Assembly (NCBI GenBank): GCA_046349955.1
Contig: JAXMBI010000007.1
Coordinates: 5,944-69,943 of the forward strand
DNA: 64,000 nucleotides
Source: Pirellulales bacterium
Lineage (GTDB): Bacteria; Planctomycetota; Planctomycetia; Pirellulales; JBGAPH01
Direction: 5' to 3'
Part shown: in pieces, positions 43,677 to 53,068 of the stretch
Layout: each line of letters opens with the position of its first letter
How positions within the stretch are numbered: the first letter of the stretch is position 1
Position numbers and translations under genes: made by a program
The notes under the pieces: model-generated
Databases searched by the model: none
Told to the model about the DNA's origin: nothing
Seen by the model: the letters and a program-made list of their open reading frames with translations, nothing else

Positions 43677-44999
43677 ATGCACGGCGACAACACCCAATTC
43701 CTGCACAGCATCGCCGGGTTCCTCGGCGGCTACTACGTGGCCATCGCCGTGATGAACGCGCTGGCCGCGCTGTACCTGTGGCAGAAGCTGGGCAAGGGGG
43801 CGCAGGCGATCGTGTGGCTGGTGGTGGCGATGGTGGCCGCCGGCATCTTCGCTCCGTTGGCCCTTAGCGCCCATCCGCTCGAAGTGCCGAGCGGGATCCG
43901 AAATTTCGTCGACTACATGACCGGCCCCGTGGTCTACACGGTGGGCACCACGCTGGGGCTGATCGTCTTCCTGGTCTTCCGCCGCTTCTTCGTACAGCCG
44001 GTGGTGGCCTGGTCGCTGCTCAACATCTCGCTGTTCGTGCTCGGCATGTCGATTTCCGACTACGAGTTCGCCCAGATCGTCACCAAGCCCGACAATGTGC
44101 CGATCGTGGCGCTGATCTTTCTGCTGGCCTTCTTCACTTGGCTGGCCACTTATAAGGCGGTGCAGAACGACGATCGCGCCCGCCAAGGCCTGCCCCCGCT
44201 CGAGAAGCTCGACGACGAGAAGATCCTGGTCTGGCCCGACCTGGTCTACTCCGAGCTGATCTGCATGATCGTGGTCACGGCCGTGTTGCTGCTGTGGGGC
44301 ATCGGCCTGCAGGCGCCGCTCGAAGAGCCGGCCAGCAGCGTGAAGACCCCCAACCCCTCGAAGGCCCCCTGGTACTTCCTGGGCCTTCAGGAAATGCTCG
44401 TCTACTTCGATCCCTGGTACGCCGGGGTCGTGTTGCCGAGCCTCACGATCGTGGGCCTGATGGCCATTCCCTACTTGGACTTCAACAAGAAGGGGAACGG
44501 CTACTACACGATCGAGCAGCGCTGGTTCGCCTACATCATCTTCCAACTCGGCTTTCTCGAGCTTTGGATCACGCTCATCATCCTGGGCACGTTCCTCCGC
44601 GGCCCGAACTGGAACTTCTTTGGGCCCTACGAGTACTGGGACACCCACAAGGTGCTCGCGCTCAACAACATCGATCTCTCGGAATACTTCTGGGAGTTGT
44701 GGTTGGGCATGCCGCAGCCCAAGGCGGCCGCAGGCAGCCCTTGGTACATCCAGCTTTGGTGGATCGTTGTGCGTGAGTCGCCGGGCATCCTGTCGCTGCT
44801 GGCTTACCTGCTGATTCTCCCGCCGCTGTTGGCGGTCACCATCTTCCGCAAGTTCTTCATCCGCATGGGCTTCATCCGCTACATGGTGATGATCAATCTG
44901 CTGCTGTTGATGGCTTCGCTGCCGATCAAGATGGTCCTGCGCTGGACGGCGAACCTGAAATACATCGTGGCGATTCCCGAGTACTTCCTAAACTTCTAG
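43677..44999 (+). CDS. Subunit IV-like (C-terminal cytochrome b domain) membrane subunit, extended (440 aa)
   Basis: PNPSKAPWYFLGLQEMLVYF corresponds to the PEWYF motif of cytochrome b C-terminal/PetD. Extra TM helices on both sides. Confidence 0.75.
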   Translation: MHGDNTQFLHSIAGFLGGYYVAIAVMNALAALYLWQKLGKGAQAIVWLVVAMVAAGIFAPLALSAHPLEVPSGIRNFVDYMTGPVVYTVGTTLGLIVFLVFRRFFVQPVVAWSLLNISLFVLGMSISDYEFAQIVTKPDNVPIVALIFLLAFFTWLATYKAVQNDDRARQGLPPLEKLDDEKILVWPDLVYSELICMIVVTAVLLLWGIGLQAPLEEPASSVKTPNPSKAPWYFLGLQEMLVYFDPWYAGVVLPSLTIVGLMAIPYLDFNKKGNGYYTIEQRWFAYIIFQLGFLELWITLIILGTFLRGPNWNFFGPYEYWDTHKVLALNNIDLSEYFWELWLGMPQPKAAAGSPWYIQLWWIVVRESPGILSLLAYLLILPPLLAVTIFRKFFIRMGFIRYMVMINLLLLMASLPIKMVLRWTANLKYIVAIPEYFLNF

Positions 45000-45044
45000 T
45001 CGGGTGTCCGGCCCTCCCCTGGGGGCCCGCTGGAAAGACGCTTC

Positions 45045-48000
45045 ATGCCTGCCAACGAACAAACCTGGCGCGATCAAAAGCTGCTGCACGTAGTCTTCGG
45101 CGTGACCGGCTTGGCCATGCTGGGGGCCACCGTGTGGATGCTGGCGGCCGACCACAATCGCGAGTGGAAGCCCTACCAGCGAAAGTTCGCCGATATCGAA
45201 ACGGCGACGATCGACTGGCGGATCAGCGAAGCGCGGACCGCCGAGTACGTGCTTCAGGAGAGCAAACTCAAGGAGGCGATCAAAGCCGAGCAACAGATCC
45301 TGCCTGAACCGCTCCTGGTCAAGCGGTTCCTGGTGGAACTCCTGTACTTCCGCGCCACCAAGACCGAGGCGCAGGCAGGGTTCGACACGACTCCGCTCGA
45401 CCTGGAATACGAACAGTGGACGGCGAACCCCGACGCCGCCAAGACCGACGCCCTGCTCGCGAAGCTGCAGGAGCGGGCCCCCGGTGACCCGCGGCTTACG
45501 GGATTGCTCGCCGAACTGACGAGCGCCGATGCGGCCAACCTTTCGCCCGACGATAAGACGCGCCTCCGCGGGCGGATCGTGGCGGAGATGGAACGCCAGG
45601 TGAAGCTGGCGCGGTTCCGCGAAGAGCAGCTTTCGACCGACAAGAAATTCAAGGCCGCCACCTTCGCGGTCAAGGACAGCGATTACGGCATCGGCGTGCG
45701 CGATGAGGTGACCGAAGAGGCGCTCGCCGCCATCGAACGCCAGGTGCAGAGCGTCAAGGGGCAGGTCGATGAGCTCAACCTGGCCGTGCAGAATGCGACG
45801 GCGCTGCGCAAGGCGCTCGAAGTTCGCTTGGCCGAAATCACGGCCGGCGAGACGGCCGCCCAGAAGGCTCTGGCCGACCACAAGGCATCCGTCGACCAAC
45901 TCCACAAGGGCCTCACGGATCGTCAGCGGACCTGGTTCAAGTCGCTGCTGGGGGCTCCGATCATCGACGCCTTCGGCCGCCCGCTCAAGATCGAGCAGGT
46001 TTGGCTGCCGAACCTCACGGTCGACTTCAACTTCAAGCGCGTCGCCCGCTTTGACCGCTGCATCACTTGCCACCAGGCGATGGAGAAGTCGCTGCCGGGC
46101 GCCCCGGTCGACGCGGCCTTCCCGCCGGAAGAGCAAGTGACGCTGACCCTGGCCACGCCCGCCGCGCCCCCCGAGCCCAAAAAGTCTGAAGACGGCAAGG
46201 TCGAGCCGGTGAGCTTCGCCAGCGTCTACGGTTTCGAACTGGCCGAAGCCGGGCTGTTCTCGCCCAACGATGTGACAGTGAACGTCGTCCGCCCCGAATC
46301 GCCGGCCGCCGTGGCCAGACTGCGCCCGGGCGACATCATCGAACGGGTGGGAGACGCGAATCTGCTCGGCAAGAGCGACGCAAACACCTTTCTCTTGCAG
46401 AACGTCGCCTGGGGCAAGCCGCTCTCGCTCACGGTCCGCCGCGGCGTGCCGCAACCGTTCAGCACCCATCCCCGGCTCGATCTGTTCGTCGGCTCGATGA
46501 GCCCGCACAAGATGATGGAGTTCGGCTGCACGATCTGTCACGAAGGACAGGGAAGCGCCACCCAGTTCAAGTGGGCCTCGCACACGCCCAACTCGCCGCT
46601 CCAGCAGCACGCCTGGCGCGACGAGCACGGCTGGTTCGACAACCACCACTGGATCTTCCCGATGTTCGCCAAGCGATTTGCCGAGAGCAGTTGCTTGAAG
46701 TGCCATCACTCGGTGGTCGAGCTCGAGCCCAGCGAGCGGTTCCCCGAGCCCCCGGCCCCCAAGCTCATGGCCGGCTATCAGCTCATCAAAGAGAACGGCT
46801 GCTTCGGCTGCCACGAAATCAACGGCTTCAATGGCCCCGACACCCGCGTCGGCCCCGACTTGCGCGTGGAGCCGAACTACTTCGCGGCCGCCCAGGCGTT
46901 GTTGCTGCAACCTGGCTTGTCGAACGAACAGCGCGAATGGGCCACCCACTTGGTCTCCCATCCAGAAGACGACGCGGTTCGCCGCCGGCTGCTGGTGTCG
47001 CTCACCCAAGGCGCCGTCGAGGCGCCGTCGGACGCCGCGGCCGAGAAAGATGTGGTCGCGGAGAAGAGCGTGCCGGTTTCTGTGGCGGCGCCGGCCGAAT
47101 CGGCCGCGCTCCGCAAGCTGGGCGACATGTTCAAGGACATCGAAACCCCCGGCACGATGCGCAAGGTCGGCCCCAGCCTGCGCTACGTAGCGAGCAAGGT
47201 GAACGGCGAGTTCCTCTACGACTGGATCGCCAATCCCACGCACTTCCGCCCTAGCACGAAGATGCCGCGGTTCTTCGGCCTCTTTGGCCATCTGGAAGGC
47301 GAAGGCCGCGCGGCCGCCGAGAAGTTCGAGCCGATCGAGATTCGCACGGCCTCCGAGTACCTGCTCAACAAGAGCCAGCCCTTCAAATACGCGGGCGCCC
47401 CGGCCGAGGTCACCGAACAAGCGTCGGCCGAGCGCGGCAAAACGCTGTTCGAGGTCCGCGGCTGTCTGGCCTGCCACAAGCACCAGGACTTCCCCGTGGG
47501 TCAGGCCACCCAAGGCCCCGACCTCTCGCGGATCGGCGCCAAGCTCGCCCAGTCGAAGGACAACGGCGGCCGGCAGTGGCTTTACACCTGGCTCCGCAAT
47601 CCGAACGCCTATCACCCGCGCACCTCGATGCCGAACCTGATCCTTGACCCGATCCAGGATGCCGACGGCAAGGTGACCGACCCGGCCGCCGACATCACGG
47701 CCTGGCTGATGACCTCAGGCGATTGGAAGCCGGGCGCCCGCCCCGAGCTCGATCTGGCCGCGCTCGAGGACCTCGCGAAGCAGCACCTGACCGGCGCCTT
47801 CAGCGTCCGCCAGGCCGAGGAGTTCTTGCAGACCGGCATCCCCGAGGCCTTCGCCAGCCAACTCAAGGGGGACGAGGTCGAGTTGCTCGGGCCGATGACG
47901 CTCGAGAAGAAACTCAACTACGTGGGCCGCAAGTCGATCAGCAAGTATGGCTGCAGCGGCTGCCACGACATCCCGGGCTTCGAAGACTCGAAGCCCATCG

Positions 48001-49562
48001 GCACCGGCTTGGCCGACTGGGGCCGCAAGGACCCCTCGCGGCTGGCTTTCGAGCACATCGCGGTCTACCTCTCGAAGCACCTGCACGACGAGCACCCGGC
48101 CGACGGCCTGCCTGAGGAAGGCAACCTCGACGTGTCGCTCGAGTCGCAGGACAAGGGCTTCTTCCTCGAGCAGATCAACGCCCACAACCGCATCGGCTTC
48201 TTGTGGCAAAAGCTGCGTCAGCCGCGAAGCTACGACTTCCGCAAGACGGAGAACAAGAGCTACAACGAGCGGCTGCGGATGCCGAAGTTCAACTTCACCG
48301 AAGACCAGATCGAGCAGGTGATGACCTTCGTGCTGGGCCTGGTGGCCGAGCCGCCGGGGCCGGCGTATGTGTTCCAGCCCGATCCGCGCCGCAAAGCGCT
48401 CATCGAAGGGCAGGTGGTGCTCGACAAGTTCAACTGCGGCGGCTGCCACGTGCTGCAGATGGACCGCTGGACCTTCGAATTCCGGCCCGACGAAGTGCCG
48501 GCCCCCGACACGGTGCCGGACTTCGCCTTCCTGTCGCCGCACTTCACGCCGGAGGAAGTGGCCGCCTCGCTCAAGGTCGACAACCGCGGCTACCGCAAGG
48601 CGACGATCGTCGGCACGCCGGTGGTCGACGACACGACCGGCCAACCGCTCTTGGTCGACGAGGAATTCGCGCCGATCGAAGCGGGCGACACCACCACGCC
48701 GGGCTTTTATCGCTTCGTCCTCTGGGACGCCGCGCTCATCAATGGGCATCCGCGCCTGGTGGGAGATCAGGCGCCGCTGATCAGCAAGGACCGCCTGCTC
48801 CGGCGCATCCCGACCACGGGCGGGGATCTGCCGCGCTGGATTTATCCAGCCGTGGTGGCCGCCGAGCGCGAGAAGAACCCCGCGGCCAAGGCCGAGGAGG
48901 CCTGGGGTTGGCTGCCGCCGCCGCTCATTCGTGAAGGCAAGAAGGTGCAGTCGGCCTGGCTGCACGACTTCCTGCTCGATCCGCATTTGATTCGGCCAGC
49001 GGCGATCCTGCGGATGCCCCGGTTCAACATGTCGTCGGCCGACGCGACGAAGCTGGCGAACTACTTCGCCGCGGTCGACAAGGTCGACTACCCCTACGAG
49101 TTCGATCCGCGCACCCGCAGCGAACACTTGGCGGCGGCGGAAAAGGCGCATCCTGGCCTGTTGACCGATGCGATGAAGATCGTGACCGACAACAACTACT
49201 GCGTGAAGTGCCACTATGTGGGGGACTTCTCGCCCAAGCCGAACCTGACCGCTTTTGGCACCGACAAGGCGCTCGGCCCGAACCTCGACCGGGTGTTCCA
49301 GCGGATTCGTCCCGAATTCCTGCGGCCCTGGATCGCCAACCCCAAGCGGTTGCTGCCGTACACGGGCATGCCGGTGAATGTGCCGTATGGCACGCCGGTG
49401 AGTCAGCAGCTCTTCGCCGGCTCGAGCGAGCAGCAGCTCGACGGGTTGGTCGATTTGCTCCTGAATTTCGATCGCTACACGCAGCAACAGACTTCGATTC
49501 GTTCGCTGATTCAGGCCGCGCCGCCGGCGACGCCGGCTGCCCCCACGGGCGGAGGGCATTAA
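45045..49562 (+). CDS. Membrane-anchored octahaem c-type cytochrome (1505 aa) with coiled-coil and PDZ-like regions
   Basis: Eight CxxCH motifs: CITCH 46059, CTICH 46527, CLKCH 46692, CFGCH 46800, CLACH 47463, CSGCH 47952, CGGCH 48435, CVKCH 49200. N-terminal TM LLHVVFGVTGLAMLGATVWMLAA. PDZ-like VNVVRPESPAAVARLRPGDIIERVGD...LSLTVRRG. Confidence 0.85.
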   Translation: MPANEQTWRDQKLLHVVFGVTGLAMLGATVWMLAADHNREWKPYQRKFADIETATIDWRISEARTAEYVLQESKLKEAIKAEQQILPEPLLVKRFLVELLYFRATKTEAQAGFDTTPLDLEYEQWTANPDAAKTDALLAKLQERAPGDPRLTGLLAELTSADAANLSPDDKTRLRGRIVAEMERQVKLARFREEQLSTDKKFKAATFAVKDSDYGIGVRDEVTEEALAAIERQVQSVKGQVDELNLAVQNATALRKALEVRLAEITAGETAAQKALADHKASVDQLHKGLTDRQRTWFKSLLGAPIIDAFGRPLKIEQVWLPNLTVDFNFKRVARFDRCITCHQAMEKSLPGAPVDAAFPPEEQVTLTLATPAAPPEPKKSEDGKVEPVSFASVYGFELAEAGLFSPNDVTVNVVRPESPAAVARLRPGDIIERVGDANLLGKSDANTFLLQNVAWGKPLSLTVRRGVPQPFSTHPRLDLFVGSMSPHKMMEFGCTICHEGQGSATQFKWASHTPNSPLQQHAWRDEHGWFDNHHWIFPMFAKRFAESSCLKCHHSVVELEPSERFPEPPAPKLMAGYQLIKENGCFGCHEINGFNGPDTRVGPDLRVEPNYFAAAQALLLQPGLSNEQREWATHLVSHPEDDAVRRRLLVSLTQGAVEAPSDAAAEKDVVAEKSVPVSVAAPAESAALRKLGDMFKDIETPGTMRKVGPSLRYVASKVNGEFLYDWIANPTHFRPSTKMPRFFGLFGHLEGEGRAAAEKFEPIEIRTASEYLLNKSQPFKYAGAPAEVTEQASAERGKTLFEVRGCLACHKHQDFPVGQATQGPDLSRIGAKLAQSKDNGGRQWLYTWLRNPNAYHPRTSMPNLILDPIQDADGKVTDPAADITAWLMTSGDWKPGARPELDLAALEDLAKQHLTGAFSVRQAEEFLQTGIPEAFASQLKGDEVELLGPMTLEKKLNYVGRKSISKYGCSGCHDIPGFEDSKPIGTGLADWGRKDPSRLAFEHIAVYLSKHLHDEHPADGLPEEGNLDVSLESQDKGFFLEQINAHNRIGFLWQKLRQPRSYDFRKTENKSYNERLRMPKFNFTEDQIEQVMTFVLGLVAEPPGPAYVFQPDPRRKALIEGQVVLDKFNCGGCHVLQMDRWTFEFRPDEVPAPDTVPDFAFLSPHFTPEEVAASLKVDNRGYRKATIVGTPVVDDTTGQPLLVDEEFAPIEAGDTTTPGFYRFVLWDAALINGHPRLVGDQAPLISKDRLLRRIPTTGGDLPRWIYPAVVAAEREKNPAAKAEEAWGWLPPPLIREGKKVQSAWLHDFLLDPHLIRPAAILRMPRFNMSSADATKLANYFAAVDKVDYPYEFDPRTRSEHLAAAEKAHPGLLTDAMKIVTDNNYCVKCHYVGDFSPKPNLTAFGTDKALGPNLDRVFQRIRPEFLRPWIANPKRLLPYTGMPVNVPYGTPVSQQLFAGSSEQQLDGLVDLLLNFDRYTQQQTSIRSLIQAAPPATPAAPTGGGH

Positions 49563-49654
49563 CCGCACACTCGTCTCAAGGACCTTGTCAGGAATGTTGG
49601 GCCAGGAAGGCCGGCGACAAACCCGTTTCCCGTTTCAGCTTCGAGAGGCGCCGC

Positions 49655-49900
49655 ATGGCGATTCCCGGGCACACCCCCTATAATTCGAAGGCCCTTGGCA
49701 TTTCGAGGGCCTTGTTGCCTCCCTCATGGGCTGTCGCCGGTTGGCTGACGTTGGCCGGCTGTGGCAGCTCCCCGCCCCCTCAACCGCCGGCGGGCGCCAA
49801 GGCGCCCGCAGCGCCGCCCGCCGTGGAGCTGGGTGCTGCAGACGGTGACGCTCCGAAAAGCGACGCGGGCGGTTCCGGAACTTCCAAAGCAGGAGAATAG
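49655..49900 (+). CDS. Possible small Pro/Ala-rich lipoprotein
   Basis: ...SWAVAGWLTLAGCGSSPPPQPPAGAKAPAAPPA... has the lipobox LAGC. Start is uncertain (ATG 49655 or TTG near 49717, which has GAGGG upstream). A perfect TATAAT lies at 49679-49684. Could be non-coding. Confidence 0.35.
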   Translation: MAIPGHTPYNSKALGISRALLPPSWAVAGWLTLAGCGSSPPPQPPAGAKAPAAPPAVELGAADGDAPKSDAGGSGTSKAGE

Positions 49901-49901
49901 C

Positions 49902-50684
49902 ATGATCCGTGTGCAGAAGTTGGCCGTGGCCGCGTTCGTGGCCGCCTCGCTCGCCGTTCACGCCTACGCCGCCGACGGCGAATGGGGCACCCTCAAGGGC
50001 AAGTTCGTGTTCGACGGTGATGCGCCCGCGCCCGAGAAGCTTAACGTCGCCAAGGAAGCGTTTTGCACCAAGTGCAACGTCGTCTCCGAGGACAAGGTCG
50101 TCGATCCCTCGAACAAGGGGGTGGCCAACGTCGTGGTCTTCCTCAAGACCAAGAAGGGGGAGAAGATCGCCATTCACCCCGACTACGAGAAGCCCGAGGT
50201 GAAGAACGCCGAACTGGTGATCGACAACAAAGGCTGCCGCTTCGAACCCCACGTGGCCATCGCTCGCGTCGGCCAGCCCGTGATCGTGAAGAACTCCGAT
50301 CCTGTGTCGCACAACAGCAACATCGCCTCGGTGACGGGTCAGAACCCGGCCTTCAACCAGATCATTCCGACCGACGGGACCGCAAAGTACACCTTCAAGG
50401 CCGCCGAGAACTTCCCGGTGACCGTGAGCTGCAACATTCATCCCTGGATGAAAGGCTACGTGATCGTCCGCGACGATCCCTACGCGGTGGCCTCGGCCGC
50501 CGATGGCAGCTTCGAGATCAAGAACCTGCCGGTCGGGGACTACGAGTTCCAGGTGCGGCACGACAGCGGCTACATCACCAAGGCCACCGTCGGCGGCAAA
50601 GCCGTCGAGTGGAAGAAGGGGGTGGCCAAATTTTCGGTCAAGCCAGGGGACAATGACCTGGGCGAGATCAAGGTGAAGTTCTAG
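49902..50684 (+). CDS. Cupredoxin (amicyanin-type type-1 Cu loop) with C-terminal CarboxypepD_reg-like domain
   Basis: Signal peptide MIRVQKLAVAAFVAASLAVHAYA. Candidate ligands SDPVSHN...SCNIHPWM (H...C-x2-H-x2-M, as in amicyanin CTPHPFM). DGSFEIKNLPVGDYEF. AGGAGA RBS. Confidence 0.7.
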   Translation: MIRVQKLAVAAFVAASLAVHAYAADGEWGTLKGKFVFDGDAPAPEKLNVAKEAFCTKCNVVSEDKVVDPSNKGVANVVVFLKTKKGEKIAIHPDYEKPEVKNAELVIDNKGCRFEPHVAIARVGQPVIVKNSDPVSHNSNIASVTGQNPAFNQIIPTDGTAKYTFKAAENFPVTVSCNIHPWMKGYVIVRDDPYAVASAADGSFEIKNLPVGDYEFQVRHDSGYITKATVGGKAVEWKKGVAKFSVKPGDNDLGEIKVKF

Positions 50685-50763
50685 AAAGACATTGGGCGCG
50701 ATCGCGCCGGACGGAACGCTTCCGTCCGGCGCGGCGCCGATTTGCTTCAACCCCCATCGTTTG

Positions 50764-51690
50764 ATGCGCACGCACGTTCGACCGCCGATCGTTTGGACCG
50801 CTTTGTTCGCGGTAGCTGCTGCGCTGCCGCTCGGCTGCTCCCATGCCCCGGCCAGCGGCCCTTCGGCCAACATGACCGCGGCCCTCAAGCTGCGCGAAGA
50901 CTTGAAGGGGGGCGCTGCCGCTGCCGGTGGAGATGCCACGGCGGCCGAGGCAGCCCCGACCGGCACCGGCTGGGCCACTCTCAAGGGCAAGTTCACCCTC
51001 GCCGGCGATCCGCCGCCGCGCCCCAAGCTGGCCACCTCCGGCGGAGACATGTGCAGCGCCGATGGCTCCCCCATCCTCAGCGACCGGCTGCTTGTCGACT
51101 CGGCCACCAAGGGGATCGGCGGCGTGGTGATCTACGCCCGCAAGCCGAAGCGGGTGCATGATTCGGCCAAGCAGCCCAAGGAACCGGAGGTCGTCTTCGA
51201 TCAGAAGGGGTGCCGGTTCCTCAGCCACGTGGCCGGCATGCAGGTCGGCCAGACGATGAAGATCCTCAACAGCGATGCCTTCGGCCACAACACGAAGATC
51301 GACGGCGTGGTCGACGCCAACAAGTTCAATCAAACCGTGGCCACCGGCTCGTCGGTCACCTACAAGCCGCTCCGCGAAGAAAATGCCCCGCTCAAGGTGG
51401 GCTGCAGCATCCATCCCTGGATGTCGGCCAACGTGCTCGTGCGCGGCGACGGCTACTTCGCCGTCACCGGCCCCGACGGCACTTTCGAGATTCCCAACCT
51501 GCCTGCCGGCGAAGAGCTCGAGTTTCAAGTTTGGCACGAAGGCGCTGGCGGCCAGGGCAATCTGGTGCTCGATCAGCCGACGCTCAAGTGGAACAAGCAG
51601 GGCCGTTTCAAGATCAAGCTCGATCCCGACACAACGCGGGAACTCGATCTGACGGTGCCGGTGGCGGCCCTTCCCGCGGCGGCCGGATGA
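50764..51690 (+). CDS. Cupredoxin paralogue (lipoprotein) with C-terminal CarboxypepD_reg-like domain
   Basis: Lipobox ALPLGCS. SDAFGHN...GCSIHPWM has the same H...C-x2-H-x2-M pattern. DGTFEIPNLPAGEELEF. Confidence 0.7.
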   Translation: MRTHVRPPIVWTALFAVAAALPLGCSHAPASGPSANMTAALKLREDLKGGAAAAGGDATAAEAAPTGTGWATLKGKFTLAGDPPPRPKLATSGGDMCSADGSPILSDRLLVDSATKGIGGVVIYARKPKRVHDSAKQPKEPEVVFDQKGCRFLSHVAGMQVGQTMKILNSDAFGHNTKIDGVVDANKFNQTVATGSSVTYKPLREENAPLKVGCSIHPWMSANVLVRGDGYFAVTGPDGTFEIPNLPAGEELEFQVWHEGAGGQGNLVLDQPTLKWNKQGRFKIKLDPDTTRELDLTVPVAALPAAAG

Positions 51691-51764
51691 TCAATAAGCT
51701 CCTTGGCCGCCTCCAGGATGCGGCGACTATCCCACTCTTCTGCCCTCAGAGGTTCGTGTTTTCG

Positions 51765-52964
51765 ATGTTGCTCGCGAAGCGGTCACGAGGAGGGTCGTTT
51801 CTTCTCTGGGGGGCTTGCTGCGCGGCGCTGCTGGGGGCTGGCTGCTCCCAGTCCACGACGCCGAGCTTCCGCCTGAACGTGATGGAGGTCGAGGCGAAGC
51901 AACTCGAGCCGCCCGCGGCGCAGAAGGTGGCCGACGCGCTGGTGGCGATGTTCGGCACGCCCGACGAGCCCTTCGTGTTCCCAGAGTCGGGCCTCGATTT
52001 GCGCAAGCTGCAGTTCGCGGCCGGGCCTGTGTCGAGCGATGCCCGCGGGTCTTCGCACGGCCTCTACCGCCAGCACTGTGCCCACTGCCACGGCATCACC
52101 GGCGACGGGCTCGGCCCCACGGCCATGTTCTTGAACCCCTATCCCCGCGACTATCGCACCGGGGAGTTCAAGGCCAAGAGCACGCTGCTCAACGCTCGTC
52201 CGACCCAGGCCGACCTCGATCGGCTGCTCAAGGAGGGGGTGCCTGGCACTTCGATGCCGTCGTTCGTGCTGCTGCCGCAGGCCGAGATCGACGCCCTGGT
52301 CGAGTACGTCAAGTACCTGAGCATGCGCGGGCAGGTCGAGCGACGGCTCATTCTGGAACTGGGCAATGAAGAGAGCCTGGAACTCAATCGAGAACTCCTG
52401 ATCGACACGGCCCTGGCGGACGCGGCGCAAGCCTGGGCCGACGCCGAGGGGGCCATCATCGCGCCGGCGGCGCCTCCTGAGGTCAGCCTCGAAGAGTCGA
52501 TTGCCCTCGGCCGCGAGTTGTTTCAAGGATCCACGGCGAATTGCGTGAAGTGTCATGGCACGCTCGCCCTGGGCGACGGCCAAACCGATGACTTCGACAA
52601 CTGGAGCAAGACCACGAAGACCTTCTTCCAAGACGTGCGGAAGGTCAAGCCCGAGGAGATTGCGGATCTTTCGCTGGCCGACTTTCAGGACGTCGGCGCG
52701 CTGCCGATCCGCAACATCAAACCGCGCAACCTGCGGCTGGGCATCTTTCGCTTCGGCCGCCGGCCCGTTGACATTTATCGCCGCATTCATACGGGGATCG
52801 CGGGAACTCCGATGCCCGGCGTCGGCCAATCGCCGGAGAACGCGGCCGGCCTGACGCCGGATCAGGTGTGGCACCTGGTGAACTATGTGTTGCGCGGGCT
52901 CCCCTACGAGTCGTTGAGCGAGCCTCCGGAGCAGTTCATCGCCGCGGAGCGATCGGTGTATTAG
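51765..52964 (+). CDS. Dihaem c-type cytochrome, lipoprotein
   Basis: Lipobox LLGAGCS. CAHCHGITGDG and CVKCHGTLALGDG. An alternative start is ATG 51687, which forms an ATGA overlap with the upstream stop. Confidence 0.75.
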   Translation: MLLAKRSRGGSFLLWGACCAALLGAGCSQSTTPSFRLNVMEVEAKQLEPPAAQKVADALVAMFGTPDEPFVFPESGLDLRKLQFAAGPVSSDARGSSHGLYRQHCAHCHGITGDGLGPTAMFLNPYPRDYRTGEFKAKSTLLNARPTQADLDRLLKEGVPGTSMPSFVLLPQAEIDALVEYVKYLSMRGQVERRLILELGNEESLELNRELLIDTALADAAQAWADAEGAIIAPAAPPEVSLEESIALGRELFQGSTANCVKCHGTLALGDGQTDDFDNWSKTTKTFFQDVRKVKPEEIADLSLADFQDVGALPIRNIKPRNLRLGIFRFGRRPVDIYRRIHTGIAGTPMPGVGQSPENAAGLTPDQVWHLVNYVLRGLPYESLSEPPEQFIAAERSVY

Positions 52965-53068
52965 GGCCGCTGGTGCGGCGTTGCGATTCAGTGTTCGGTG
53001 TGGTGGCGTGAAGATCGACCAACCTCCAGTCTGAGAGCTAGGCGGCCAGAGCCGCGGAGAAGGCGTAC

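Noticed and set aside
44988-49568. Very long minus-strand ORFs (44988-47615, 875 aa; 47715-49568, 617 aa)
   Set aside because: They are antisense to the octahaem cytochrome gene, whose frame carries eight CxxCH motifs, a TM anchor and a PDZ-like segment. The antisense translations are Arg/Gly/Glu/Leu-rich with no motif, typical mirror-frame ORFs of high-GC DNA.
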